A DNA stretch of 63,790 nt, the filler included, from Octopus bimaculoides (taxonomy: Eukaryota), in assembly GCF_001194135.2 (NCBI RefSeq). It is 6 parts of 6 records of this genome, joined end to end, with 100 filler letters (N's around TTAATTAATTAA, not from the genome) between each part and the next. Parts side by side here need not be neighbours in the genome. Positions count along the whole stretch, not along the records: positions 49,711 to 56,927 come from NC_069003.1; positions 57,028 to 61,539 come from NC_068989.1; positions 61,640 to 63,790 come from NW_026380842.1; 3 more parts are not named here. One strand, written 5' to 3'. Positions 52,055-63,790 of this stretch are shown here, one piece after another. The notes under the pieces were generated by a model that was not told where the DNA came from, searched no databases, and saw only the letters and a list, made by a program, of their open reading frames with translations. Each line of letters starts with the position of its first letter. The stretch's first letter is position 1. The translations under genes were made by a program, and so were the position numbers.

Positions 52055-52940
52055 TGTTAAGATAAATAAAACTATTAGACATTTTGTGAAAAGGAAAGGA
52101 CAAACAAATCACTGAAGTGACATCAAAATCTAGAAATTCTATCAAGCCATCAAAGATGACAAAGGCTGGCTATTATTTTATTTCATTTAAAAAAAAATTT
52201 ACTTTCTTTATTTTTCATGTCTAAGGCTACCAAAAGACAGAGCAGCTGTCTTGTGTTATTGTTGTTATGGTCAGCCTTGTTTATTCCAGGTCAGTTCTGA
52301 CTGAAAGTAATTTCTAACAAGGCCATTCTGAACATTGTATATCAAGAAAAACATTTGGTTCCTCACCCCACCATCGTCCAAGTGTCTTTCTCTCAAAGCA
52401 CAACATAGTTTCATTTGCTCATAAGAGTTACAAATTTGTACATTATTTGATTCTCTGTCTGAAGAATTTCTAATAGGTGATATCTTACATATTACTCCTA
52501 CATGTACAATCTTATAATTCCTATTAGCAAATGAAACATGTGTAATGGTGAATAAATAATACCAAATATTTTTTTACACACTCCTCTATTTTGACATACA
52601 TATATAATATATATGCAAGTAGATTCTTTTGAGTGTATGTACAAAAGTATCAATGTAGGTTATGTTCGCTATGTGGTGGGATTGAACCTGGAACCTCTTA
52701 TTTTGCAAAATGATCTGTAATCACATGCTCATACCTTTCCTGTATCCATAATTACTCAAACAATAAATAAAATAGTTATATTTTCAAAATTAACTTCCAC
52801 AATTCATACTGGCATGGAAAAAAAATTCATTTTCAATTTAAAAATTTTTGAATTTTATAACTTTTTTCAAAACTTCAATAATATTCTTTCATGAATTTCA
52901 TAAACAAACAAAAAAAACTTTAGAAGTGAAATCATCTTAC

Positions 52941-53015
52941 CGGAATGATCCCAGTCTCCTTCCTCTTGGCACCAGGCAGAATGTTGCATTATGCAAGAGT
53001 TTTTTATAATCATAC
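52941..53015 (-). CDS. EXT1: Internal coding exon of exostosin-1 (heparan sulfate polymerase subunit, GT47 domain)
   Basis: Minus strand reads T-rich tract tttag|G TAT GAT TAT AAA AAA CTC TTG CAT AAT GCA ACA TTC TGC CTG GTG CCA AGA GGA AGG AGA CTG GGA TCA TTC CG|gtaaga = [24 protein letters not shown](R). It matches recalled human EXT1 322[24 protein letters not shown]345 at 21/24. Canonical AG/GT sites, phase 2/2. Confidence 0.93.
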
Positions 53016-53194
53016 CTAAAATTAAAAAAAAAAAATTAAAATTAATTAATAATTATATTTCATTCTTTTAATTAAAGTAATTTAACGCAATCAGCAAAAA
53101 GAGAAGAAAAAAAAGGATTAAAACTAAAAAAAAGAAAATTGAAGGAAAATCTGTTTAACGATTTTGTGTAAAAATATTTTAATAATTTCCTTTT

Positions 53195-54122
53195 ATCAGT
53201 TGCAGTCATTCATCTGTGGCCATGCTGGGGCACCATTCTCAAGAAATTGTTTAGTTGATTGTATCAAATCATAATACTTTGTTACGAATCTCTTCGAGGA
53301 TGAAAAAAAAGCGAAGTCAACCATGTGTGAAGGGAAGTGATTGCTCCAGGAGTAAATACCAAGAAGCATTTGTTCAAGACACTGATTCTGCCATCTCAAA
53401 CATACAGGCATGGCTGTGTGGTAAGAAGTCTGCTTTCCAGCCACATGGGTCCAGGTTCAGTCTCGTTCTATGGTACCTTGGGCAGGTGTCTTCTACTATA
53501 GCCTCGAGCTGGCCATAGCTTTGAGCAGATTTTATAAACAGAAACTATAAGAAGCCCAAGGCGGCGAGCTGGCAGAAACGTTAGCACACCGGGCGAAATG
53601 CTTAGTGGTATTTCGTCTGCCATTACGTTCTGAGTTCAAATTCCGCCGAGGTCGACTTTGCTTTTCATCCTTTCGGGGTCGATAAATTAAGTACCAGTTA
53701 CGCACTGAGGTTGATGTAATCGACTTAATCCCTTTGTTTGCAGACACACACATATACATATATATATGATGGGCTTCTTTTCAGTTTCCATCTACCAAAT
53801 TCACTCACAAAGCTTTGGTCAGCCCAAGACTATAGCAGAAGACATTTGCCCTAGGTGCTGCACATTGGGACTGAACCCAAAACCAAGTGGTTGGGAAGCA
53901 AGCTTCTTACCACACAGCCACACCTTATATGTATGTTTGTCCCCCACCACTGCTTGACAACCAATATTGGTGTGCTTACGTCACTGTAACTTAGCAGTTC
54001 AGCAAAAGAAACCGATAGAATAAGGACCAGGCTTACAAAGAAAATAAGTTGATTCACTCAACTAAAAACTCTTCAAGTCGGTGCCCCAGCATGGCCATAG
54101 TCTAATAACTGAAACAACTAAG
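53195..54122. mobile_element. Nested SINE cluster: A tail end (-, 53195-53255), A head (+, 53403-53556), B (+, 53557-53735), A head (-, 53770-53923), A tail (+, 53925-54122)
   Basis: Each block matches family copies elsewhere in the window. Confidence 0.82.
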
Positions 54123-54416
54123 AAAGAAACAATAAAATCACAGCTAAAGTTTATAAAAGAACAGCATGTACACGTTAGGTTAAAAAAAACCTTTGGACAG
54201 AGAAAACTAAAGGCTGCGCATGGGACTTGAACCCTTGTATCCTTGGTCCAGTGGCAGCATTTGACATCTTCCAATCCAAAGTGTGTTTTTAAATCAATAT
54301 TTGTATGCTATATTATTTCTGGCTTCATCTGTTTCGAGATAAAACTACTTCAAAAAAGAATATTTTCATGCTAACTTGACGCTTCTATTTTCTTATGACG
54401 TCAATAACATATACAA

Positions 54417-54463
<47 letters not shown>

Positions 54464-55748
54464 CACACACACACATGCATACATATATACTTAAATAATA
54501 TTTGGGCACACACAGATATATAAGATATATATATATATATATATGTATATATTGTATATACACACATGCATATATACTTAAAGTTATTTATTTATATATA
54601 TAAACATATATCTATATACATATATACTTATATCTATATACATATATACTTATACCTACATACATATACACAGACACATATACCTATACATATATATATA
54701 TATATATAGGTATATGCACATATATGCACACATATATACACATTTATATATACATAAACATATGTACACCTATACATATACACACAGGCACAATATATAC
54801 ACACACATATAAACATGCATACACACGATGCAACTGTCTTCACGAGAGTTTATGTCTCCAAACTTTTATTTGCAAGTCTTTGGGTGACCTAAAGCTATGG
54901 AAAAGTGCCAAAATGTCTTATAAATATATTCTTGTATTCTTCATGCTAAAACAAGCAAAACACAGATATTTATGTAGGGATATAAGCCTTTCCACAGAAA
55001 CCCTATTTAGCATGCCAAAAATGTAGTACACTAGCAACAGCAGCAGCAGTAATAAGGTGACCAGCTTGTGTAATCAATCTTAATTACAGTAGATGGCTAA
55101 TTAGTGACTAATGAGTTTAATGGCATCCCTGCCAGTTTTGATTGGTTATTATCTGAGGCAAAGAGAGCCATGCACCTAACACATAGAAATGGCCGTCTAT
55201 TAAGACCAGTGTTTTTTCTCAAGGGAGATGGGGTGCAGACCTTGCTTAGTAGGGCAGCTGTAAATAGGTAACTCTGTAATGAACTGGCATTCTATCCAGG
55301 AGGAGCATTGGCTTGCCGGCCTAGTCAGTGGTGATGGCCACATTCAAAAGCTACAACGATGTATGGAAGCACATTGTGACCATTCCACCTTTGAACTTCT
55401 TGGCGTTATGACCTGAAATGTAAGATCTTCCCAACCCTGACGACGGCGGCTCAATTTATCCATTACGCTGCATATTGTGATGACCTACATCTACCAACGT
55501 TAGAATGGATCTCCAAGGCCCCAGAAACAACCGTTCTTCCGTCTCTTTAACTTTCCCTATCATTTGTTCTCTGTGTAAGTTGGATCTATTAATATAAACA
55601 TCTATATATTTATACTTAAATCTTCATTGTCTGAAGGTGTCCACATTGCATTTTCTCTTGTTTTGCAGGTATACATATTTACATATTTCGTATTTCATAC
55701 CCAAACTGTTATATTTAATACATCAAATTAGTTTATCTACACAACTGC

Positions 55749-55817
<69 letters not shown>

Positions 55818-56203
55818 CACACATGTGATGCAGGTCTGAGGAAGTGCTACTCTAATGTCTAAAATTGCAAATATTACATAAATTTTCACTTTGAACTTTT
55901 GTTGGAACTGATGCTGAAGGTACAGAAAAGATTGTAACTGGGCATTAAAGATGTGTTAAAGTCTTTCTTAGTCTTCTTATTCAGATTATATGCATACACA
56001 TATTTTTTCCAGTTTGAAATGCCATGTGGGTAGTGTCTGATGATTGTGCAAGGATACCAGATGTGTTATTAAACACTGTTTGACATGTTCTCAGCACATG
56101 AAACTAATAGTAGCACTTAAAAACATACATTATGTTTATTAAATAATATTTGTCTCACCAGATGGAGTACATTTTACATTGATCTTACCATCATGGAACA
56201 GTA

Positions 56204-56243
<40 letters not shown>

Positions 56244-56589
56244 TCAGTTTAGGTATTAAACTTGTAGTTTGCTTTACAAAGCTTGTCTACAAGTATTGAC
56301 TAACAAATGCTACTATACAATAAGATTGAGATTAGTATGAACAACAGGCATTAAATGATGTTGATGATGATCACACACACACAATACATATATATGTAAA
56401 ATCATCATAAAAATATTATCATCTTAATGTCCACTTATGTGTGTGTGTATGAATATAATCATAAATATATATATGTGTGTGCGATTCTCAGAACAATATC
56501 CACAAAAGATGCAGTTTGCGACACAACTCCATATAATACAGTTTTGAAAATCAAAAGTGAAACCGGTTAAGTGCTTATATTTTATATAT

Positions 56590-56927
56590 ATATATATATA
56601 CAGCCCATGTTTCATGGCAGTGAAACATGGGCTGTAACTGCTGAGGACATACGTAAGCTCGCAAGGAATGAAGCCAGTATGCTCCGTTGGATGTGTAATG
56701 TCAATGTGAATACCTGTCAGAGTGTAAGTATCTTGAGAGAAAAGCTGAACATTAGAAGCATCAGTTGTGGTGTGCAAGAGAGACGATTGCGCTGGTATGG
56801 ACATGTGGTGAGAATGGATGAGGATAGCTGCGTGAAAAAGTGCCACACCCTAACAGTTGAGGGAACCCGTGGAAGAGGTAGGCCCAGGAAGACCTGGGCT
56901 GAGGTGGTGAGGCAAGACCTTCGTACA
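56590..56927 (+). mobile_element. RTE-clade LINE, C-terminal ORF region
   Basis: MFHGSETWAVT..NEASMLRWMCNV..RRLRWYGHVVRMDEDSCVKKC..VEGTRGRGRPRKTW; runs into an assembly join. Confidence 0.9.
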
Positions 56928-56971
56928 NNNNNNNNNNNNNNNNNNNNNNNNNNNNNNNNNNNNNNNNNNNN

Positions 56972-56983
56972 TTAATTAATTAA
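56972..56983. other. Artificial assembly linker
   Basis: 44 N + TTAATTAATTAA + 44 N. Confidence 0.95.
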
Positions 56984-57029
56984 NNNNNNNNNNNNNNNNN
57001 NNNNNNNNNNNNNNNNNNNNNNNNNNNTA

Positions 57030-58045
57030 TATAATGTACATATATTAAAATAAGCACACAAACATACTAACACTCATGCAAATATTAGTAAATATACACA
57101 TGTACATATATGTATTTTATCTTTCACTACCTTACCCAATTCATCCTTGTTTTGTAACACTTGAGTCTACATCTTGATTGAAACTTAACTGCTATGCCAT
57201 TCAGTTTGTGCGACTTCTCTCATTCTAGATATGGCTATACATGTTGACTAATTAATATGGTTGACATATCATTTCTGTCATTTTCAAGTTTACTGCTCTT
57301 TTTGTAAACAATATTGCGCTAAATAATGTTTTGTAGAGAAATGTTCATATTCAAAACTTAGCTTATGTATACTGGTTATGAAATAGTTTTACACTTTCAA
57401 TTATGCATACACACATATGCATCTGGATGGACATACACAAGCATATATACATACATGTATGTGTAGGCATGTACATGTGAGTGTGTGTGTATGTTTATTT
57501 GTGGATCTCCATATATGTCTGTATATCCATGTGTGTATGTATGCACATGTATATGTATATCTAAATGTTTATATATATATATTTATGTGGGAGTTTTCGT
57601 ATGTCCTGTGACACACCAGCATCCCATCCTCTGGGAGAATATATATGTCATAGTATCCAAGAAGCTGACCATAAGAGCCTATGTTCACAAAGGACCATTG
57701 ATCATGTTTTAATATCTATCTCTTGTTTTTTTCTCTATATAAATGTGTGTGTGTGTGTATACTTCATGTGTGTGTCTCTGTGTGTGTATGCAATTATTTG
57801 CTCTTATAATACCTGACTTAATATTTATCCGAACTGAGTTGTAGAAAATTTTAAACAAAATGGTGAAACGATTTACTACATTCAGTTATCTCTCTTTGTT
57901 ACCTTTACCTGCATTATGCCAGTAATTCTTCTAATGCTCATTATCATCACCTTATAGTAATCCATCTTGATTCTGTAACTTTGTCATCATCATTATTGTC
58001 AATTTGATATATATATGTATACATATATGCTTACACACACACATG

Positions 58046-58090
<45 letters not shown>

Positions 58091-58596
58091 TTGTGCATGT
58101 ATGTGTATATATGCATATGTACATTTTTAAATATACATGCATACATATTCATATATATTTGATAAAAAATGTAAAAAGAAGGGAAATATACAGAAATTTT
58201 ATGTCGGAATAAAACATATAGTTTTATGACATAAAATATTTACATAGTTGACCGGTTTCGCTTATGGTAATCATGACGAAATAGTTAATGATAATGTGAT
58301 AATTTCATGCTCTCATAATAAGCTTTCATTAGCATGAAATTATGACATTACCAGTAACTACTTAATCATGATTAGCATAAGCAATTCCAGTTGACTATGT
58401 AAATATTTTATTTCATATATATATATATTTATATATATACATACACACATATATTCCAACATAAAATTCCTGTGCATTTTCTTTCCTTTTCTGTGTCTTT
58501 TACTACAATTCACCATGTGGAATTTTTTCTCAAACTTTTTCACTATATATATGTGCGTGTGTGTATGTATATATACATATATGTATATATGTGTGT

Positions 58597-58653
<57 letters not shown>

Positions 58654-58984
58654 TATGTACATATATATATCTGCATGTCTTTTGTGTGCGTGTATGTATG
58701 TATGCCTGTATGTATCAATGCTTACTCATGCATACATATATATATATATATAGAAACAAACATGCATGTGTACATTAATACATACATGCAAATATTCATG
58801 TATATAGACACACACACACACACATGCATACAAACACAAACACATGTGCAGACACACATAGAGATACACTACACACATTTTGCATTTAACTGGTATTGCT
58901 TTTCATCATGACAAATGACATGTTCTGATTTTAAACCCCTTGTGACAAATATAAAAATTTATCACTATTATTATCATTATCATT

Positions 58985-59016
<32 letters not shown>

Positions 59017-59789
59017 TATTATTTTATTATTATTATTTATTACTGGTGTATTATCTATTTAGTTATAAAGTGTTGATTATTAATACGTTTCTTTTTACTA
59101 GTATTACGAGGTATACTTAATCTTCATTATTACCATCTTAGTCAGCACTTTTAGTGATCATCATCATCACCATCATCATCGTTATCTTCATCGTCATTGT
59201 CATCATCTTCAATATCTTCATCATCATCATCATCATCATCAACTATTGTTAAAATCAAAGTGTTAATTAAATTATTTCTGTATGTATATATATATATATA
59301 TATATATATANNNNNNNNNNNNNNNNNNNNNNNNNNNNNNNNNNNNNNNNNNNNNNNNNNNNNNNNNNNNNNNNNNNNNNNNNNNNNNNNNNNNNNNNNN
59401 NNNNNNNNNNATATATATATATATACATATATGTATCATTAAAGTTATTTTAGCTGTTCAAAGATCCAAATTATATAATACAAGTAATTCATCTAATTCC
59501 ATCCGATTCCAAACTGATGCCATCTTTGGTTCCTTTCATTTGCACTGCTTTTCCATGCATGGAATTCTGCTTTTATGCTCCATCTATGTATGCATGTCAG
59601 TAGATGCCCACAAGCATGTGTATACATTAATGCATGAGTGAGTATATGTACGTGTGTGTGTGTGTGTGTGTGTGTGTGTCCATGTTTTTGTGTGTTTGTA
59701 TGTGTATATATATGTATACATATGAATGTATGTATATAATTACACACATATATACATACACACACATGTATAAATACACATATACATAG

Positions 59790-59826
<37 letters not shown>

Positions 59827-59949
59827 TACGTATGCATAACTATGTATATCATTATATATATATATATTATATAAGATATGTGTATTATACATACACACAT
59901 GCATACATGTATACACTCTCAAACACATACATAAATACATATATGTGTT

Positions 59950-59993
<44 letters not shown>

Positions 59994-60076
59994 AATGCAG
60001 ATATGTATATATGTGTGTGTACGTGAGTGTGTGTGTATATGTATATATACACATATACATACATATGTATATATCT

Positions 60077-60131
<55 letters not shown>

Positions 60132-60169
60132 NNNNNNNNNNNNNNNNNNNNNNNNNNNNNNNNNNNNNN

Positions 60170-60214
<45 letters not shown>

Positions 60215-60484
60215 TCACTTACACATACATACATACATGAGTATGCAACACTGAGTTTATAAAACAAGTCCTATGTACACCAGTTATTGTCGGAATACAA
60301 TGGAATGTTTGCATAACTATTACTGTTTTTCTAAATACTATACTATACATTTCTTCTATACAATTGGCTGAGTGCGTTCATCTAAATTACGTAGACAGTT
60401 ATCTAAATATTTCACATTTGTCTATGGAAATCTTTATTTGGATACGTTAATGTAAGTTTACTATTGAATTGGATATTTTGGCAT

Positions 60485-60520
<36 letters not shown>

Positions 60521-60949
60521 GTAATAATAATAGATCCCCACCTAGTGCCTCACTGGTGCTTATTTTTTCGACCCCTAAGGGATGAAAAGGCAAAGTTGAC
60601 CCTAGTGGAGTTTCTACTCAGAATGTAAAGGCGTATGAAATGCTGCGAAGCATTTTGCCGGGCATGCTAACGATTCTGCCAGCTTGCCACCCTAATAGTA
60701 ATAATAATAATATTATTAATGATAATAATAATAATAATAATAGTCATAATAATAATGATCGTAATAATGATAAATAAGAATAAGAAAAAGAACAACAACA
60801 AAAATGGGAATTATTGATAATTGTAATAGAGTCCATTATAATATTAACAATATTATATTTATCAATGTATGTGTGTATTTATGCATGAATACCTGTGTGT
60901 GTATGTATAAGTTTATAGTGTGTGTGTGTGTATATATATATATACATAC

Positions 60950-60981
<32 letters not shown>

Positions 60982-61012
60982 ATATATTTATATATACATA
61001 TATATATATATT

Positions 61013-61073
<61 letters not shown>

Positions 61074-61197
61074 GTGTGTGTATTATGTATATATATATGT
61101 GTATGTGTATGTGTGTGTATATGTATATATATATGTGTATGTGTGCATACTTTTATGCATATACATGTATGTCTAAGTATATATATGTATTCATATA

Positions 61198-61233
<36 letters not shown>

Positions 61234-61540
61234 TGTATGTTTATACACATAGGCATGTATCAATGTACTTGTACTTATTTGTAAAAATGCATTCTCACAT
61301 GCATAAGTATGCATACATACATAGACATATAAATGCAGTACACATGTGGGTATGTGTCAATATATATATATATATACATACATATGTATGTATATATATG
61401 TATATATATATATATATGTATGTATATATATATATATATTATATATATATATATATATACATACATATGTATGTATATATATGTATATATATATATATGT
61501 ATGTATATATATATTATATATATATATATATGTATGTATN
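57030..61540. repeat. Extended degenerate (AT)/(GT)/(CA)/(ATAC) low-complexity field
   Basis: Most of this interval is imperfect di- and tetranucleotide repeat; the [12 protein letters not shown] ORFs derive from it. Confidence 0.9.
60535..60692 (-). mobile_element. Family B SINE in (AAT)n
   Basis: tttcgacccctaagggatgaaaaggcaaagttgacc..gattctgccagcttgccacc. Confidence 0.8.
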
Positions 61541-61583
61541 NNNNNNNNNNNNNNNNNNNNNNNNNNNNNNNNNNNNNNNNNNN

Positions 61584-61595
61584 TTAATTAATTAA
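61584..61595. other. Artificial assembly linker
   Basis: 44 N + TTAATTAATTAA + 44 N. Confidence 0.95.
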
Positions 61596-61682
61596 NNNNN
61601 NNNNNNNNNNNNNNNNNNNNNNNNNNNNNNNNNNNNNNNCACACAAACATATAACACACATACATACACACATACATATATA

Positions 61683-61822
61683 CGACGAGCTTCATTCAGT
61701 TTCCGTCTACCAAATCTACTCACAAGGCTTTGGCCGACCCGAGGCTGTAGCAGAAGACACTTGCCCAAGGTGCCACGAAGTAGGACTGAACCGAGAACCA
61801 TGTGGTTAGTAAGCAAACTACT
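61683..61822 (-). mobile_element. Family A SINE head
   Basis: ttcattcagtttccgtctacc..acttgcccaaggtgccacg..ggactgaacc. Confidence 0.85.
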
Positions 61823-63049
61823 TTATTTCAATAAATTTCGCCATTAACGGCGTTACATAGAGGGGACAGACAAAGACAGACAAACATGAAGTAGCTACGG
61901 GCTGGACATGGACATTAATGAGATGAGGGTGATAAGGATGAAACAAATAATGAGAGAGGCACCAGCGCCCGCCGACTGATAACCCCTCGAAAACATTGTT
62001 CTTTTTTTTTTTCCTTTTAAAATTACAGTTTTTACACAATTTCAATATATTAACAATTTCAATGTATTAACAATTAAAAATANNNNNNNNNNNNNNNNNN
62101 NNNNNNNNNNNNNNNNNNNNNNNNNNNNNNNNNNNNNNNNNNNNNNNNNNNNNNNNNNNNNNNNNNNNNNNNNNNNNNNNNNNNNNNNNNNNNNNNNNNN
62201 NNNNNNNNNNNNNNNNNNNNNNNNNNNNNNNNNNNNNNNNNNNNNNNNNNNNNNNNNNNNNNNNNNNNNNNNNNNNNNNNNNNNNNNNNNNNNNNNNNNN
62301 NNNNNNNNNNNNNNNNNNNNNNNNNNNNNNNNNNNNNNNNNNNNNNNNNNNNNNNNNNNNNNNNNNNNNNNNNNNNNNNNNNNNNNNNNNNNNNNNNNNN
62401 NNNNNNNNNNNNNNNNNNNNNNNNNNNNNNNNNNNNNNNNNNNNNNNNNNNNNNNNNNNNNNNNNNNNNNNNNNNNNNNNNNNNNNNNNNNNNNNNNNNN
62501 NNNNNNNNNNNNNNNNNNNNNNNNNNNNNNNNNNNNNNNNNNNNNNNNNNNNNNNNNNNNNNNNNNNNNNNNNNNNNNNNNNNNNNNNNNNNNNNNNNNN
62601 NNNNNNNNNNNNNNNNNNNNNNNNNNNNNNNNNNNNNNNNNNNNNNNNNNNNNNNNNNNNNNNNNNNNNNNNNNNNNNNNNNNNNNNNNNNNNNNNNNNN
62701 NNNNNNNNNNNNNNNNNNNNNNNNNNNNNNNNNNNNNNNNNNNNNNNNNNNNNNNNNNNNNNNNNNNNNNNNNNNNNNNNNNNNNNNNNNNNNNNNNNNN
62801 NNNNNNNNNNNNNNNNNNNNNNNNNNNNNNNNNNNNNNNNNNNNNNNNNNNNNNNNNNNNNNNNNNNNNNNNNNNNNNNNNNNNNNNNNNNNNNNNNNNN
62901 NNNNNNNNNNNNNNNNNNNNNNNNNNNNNNNNNNNNNNNNNNNNNNNNNNNNNNNNNNNNNNNNNNNNNNNNNNNNNNNNNNNNNNNNNNNNNNNNNNNN
63001 NNNNNNNNNNNNNNNNNNNNNNNNNNNNNNNNNNNNNNNNNNNNNNNNN

Positions 63050-63680
63050 ATGACCAGGCTCCAGGCATCCGTGACATTTCGGCAGTCGTCCTTCAAGGAT
63101 TACAGGATACCTAGAACCTGCCATGGTCAAGTAGTCTGGAAAGACCACACTGTTATCGTCTAACTGGGTCCACAACGTTAATATGGCCTTAGCCCCAACC
63201 TAGTCAGCAGAAGGCAACAATTTTACATTTAACAATTTAGTGTCTCTGGTTCCACCAAGTCCCCTTTGGATGGTTTCGGCCAACCAACTCTCTTTTAAAC
63301 CCGGTGGCAACCCGCAGACAAACGCCCGCTTACATTTTCTCCCACAATAAGAGGGGAGGAACACAAATTTTTTCCCCCTCCAGGGGCCGACTGGCGAACT
63401 TACACGCCATCTCCGGGGTTCCAAACAACAACCATGTGGTTGCATATTTGGAACCCCTGGCGATGTGCTTTATCATCGGCATGTACTCCGTCAGCCCCTT
63501 TTCCATTTCTAGCCTAGGAAAGGGGACAATGGTATCCAAGGACTTTGAATAAGTCCTTAGAATCACCGTCCTCCTTTCCAAATCTCTCACCCATTCTTTG
63601 GGTGGGTTAATTTCCGACACCAAAGCAGTATTGTTTTTTCTATTGTTCATATTTTTACTGCAAAATATAATAAACAAACA
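63050..63680 (-). mobile_element. LINE ORF1 (gag-like, probably L1/Tx1-type) with one frameshift and one stop
   Basis: Three track ORFs join into one protein: ..RGSKYATTWLLFGTPEMA..(shift)FLPSYCGRKCKRAFVCGLPP..SAD*VGAKAILTLWTQL..YPVILEGRLPKCHGCLEPGH. The CxxC-x4-H knuckle is cut by the gap. Confidence 0.7.
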
Positions 63681-63790
63681 AAAAAGAAAAAAAGTTCATA
63701 GTTAAATGTCTGTCCTCTGGCGTATTTGAACTCCTGACCGGTCCTGTGTACTCCAATATAGGTAATCCAATAATGGTTCACAAATACTAG

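Noticed and set aside
50641-52060. Very long track ORFs (337-453 aa); likewise 13972-14691, 33035-33521 and 62042-63096
   Set aside because: Almost entirely N translated as X, plus microsatellite flanks.
57950-61595. Dozens of [12 protein letters not shown] ORFs, also at 11407-11948, 15548-15946, 42157-42989 and 45631-46143
   Set aside because: Dinucleotide and tetranucleotide repeats lack stop codons; no coding signal.
53016-63790. Search for the large upstream EXT1 exon (ending ..RCD.DN.EY.K)
   Set aside because: No matching sequence found; presumably outside the window or in a gap.

Overview
Eukaryotic, AT-rich, microsatellite-saturated draft-assembly DNA. The SINE families and repeat landscape resemble an octopus (coleoid cephalopod) genome; this is recalled by pattern, not database-verified. 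There are many N gaps, five of them ~100-nt artificial joins (about 44 N + TTAATTAATTAA + about 44 N), so long-range contiguity is unproven. The only host coding sequence I can identify is one 75-nt minus-strand exon of exostosin-1 (EXT1/tout-velu; [24 protein letters not shown]) at 52941-53015. Everything else recognisable is mobile or repetitive: at least four tRNA-derived SINE families (30+ copies or fragments); R4/Dong-like restriction-endonuclease retrotransposon pieces, several abutting (AAT)n arrays; RTE and CR1/Jockey-type RT remnants; two LINE ORF1 remnants; mariner and DD37D/maT transposase remnants; an LTR pair; a piggyBac-type MITE; and several fold-back elements. Most long ORFs in the supplied track are microsatellite or N-run artefacts. 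No CRISPR array, rRNA or intact tRNA was seen, and I found no convincing novel multi-gene system. The most interesting signals are the microsatellite-associated retroelement cluster, the long hairpins, a tRNA-like unit inside a hairpin, a SINE-born minisatellite and one unexplained open frame near 35.3 kb.
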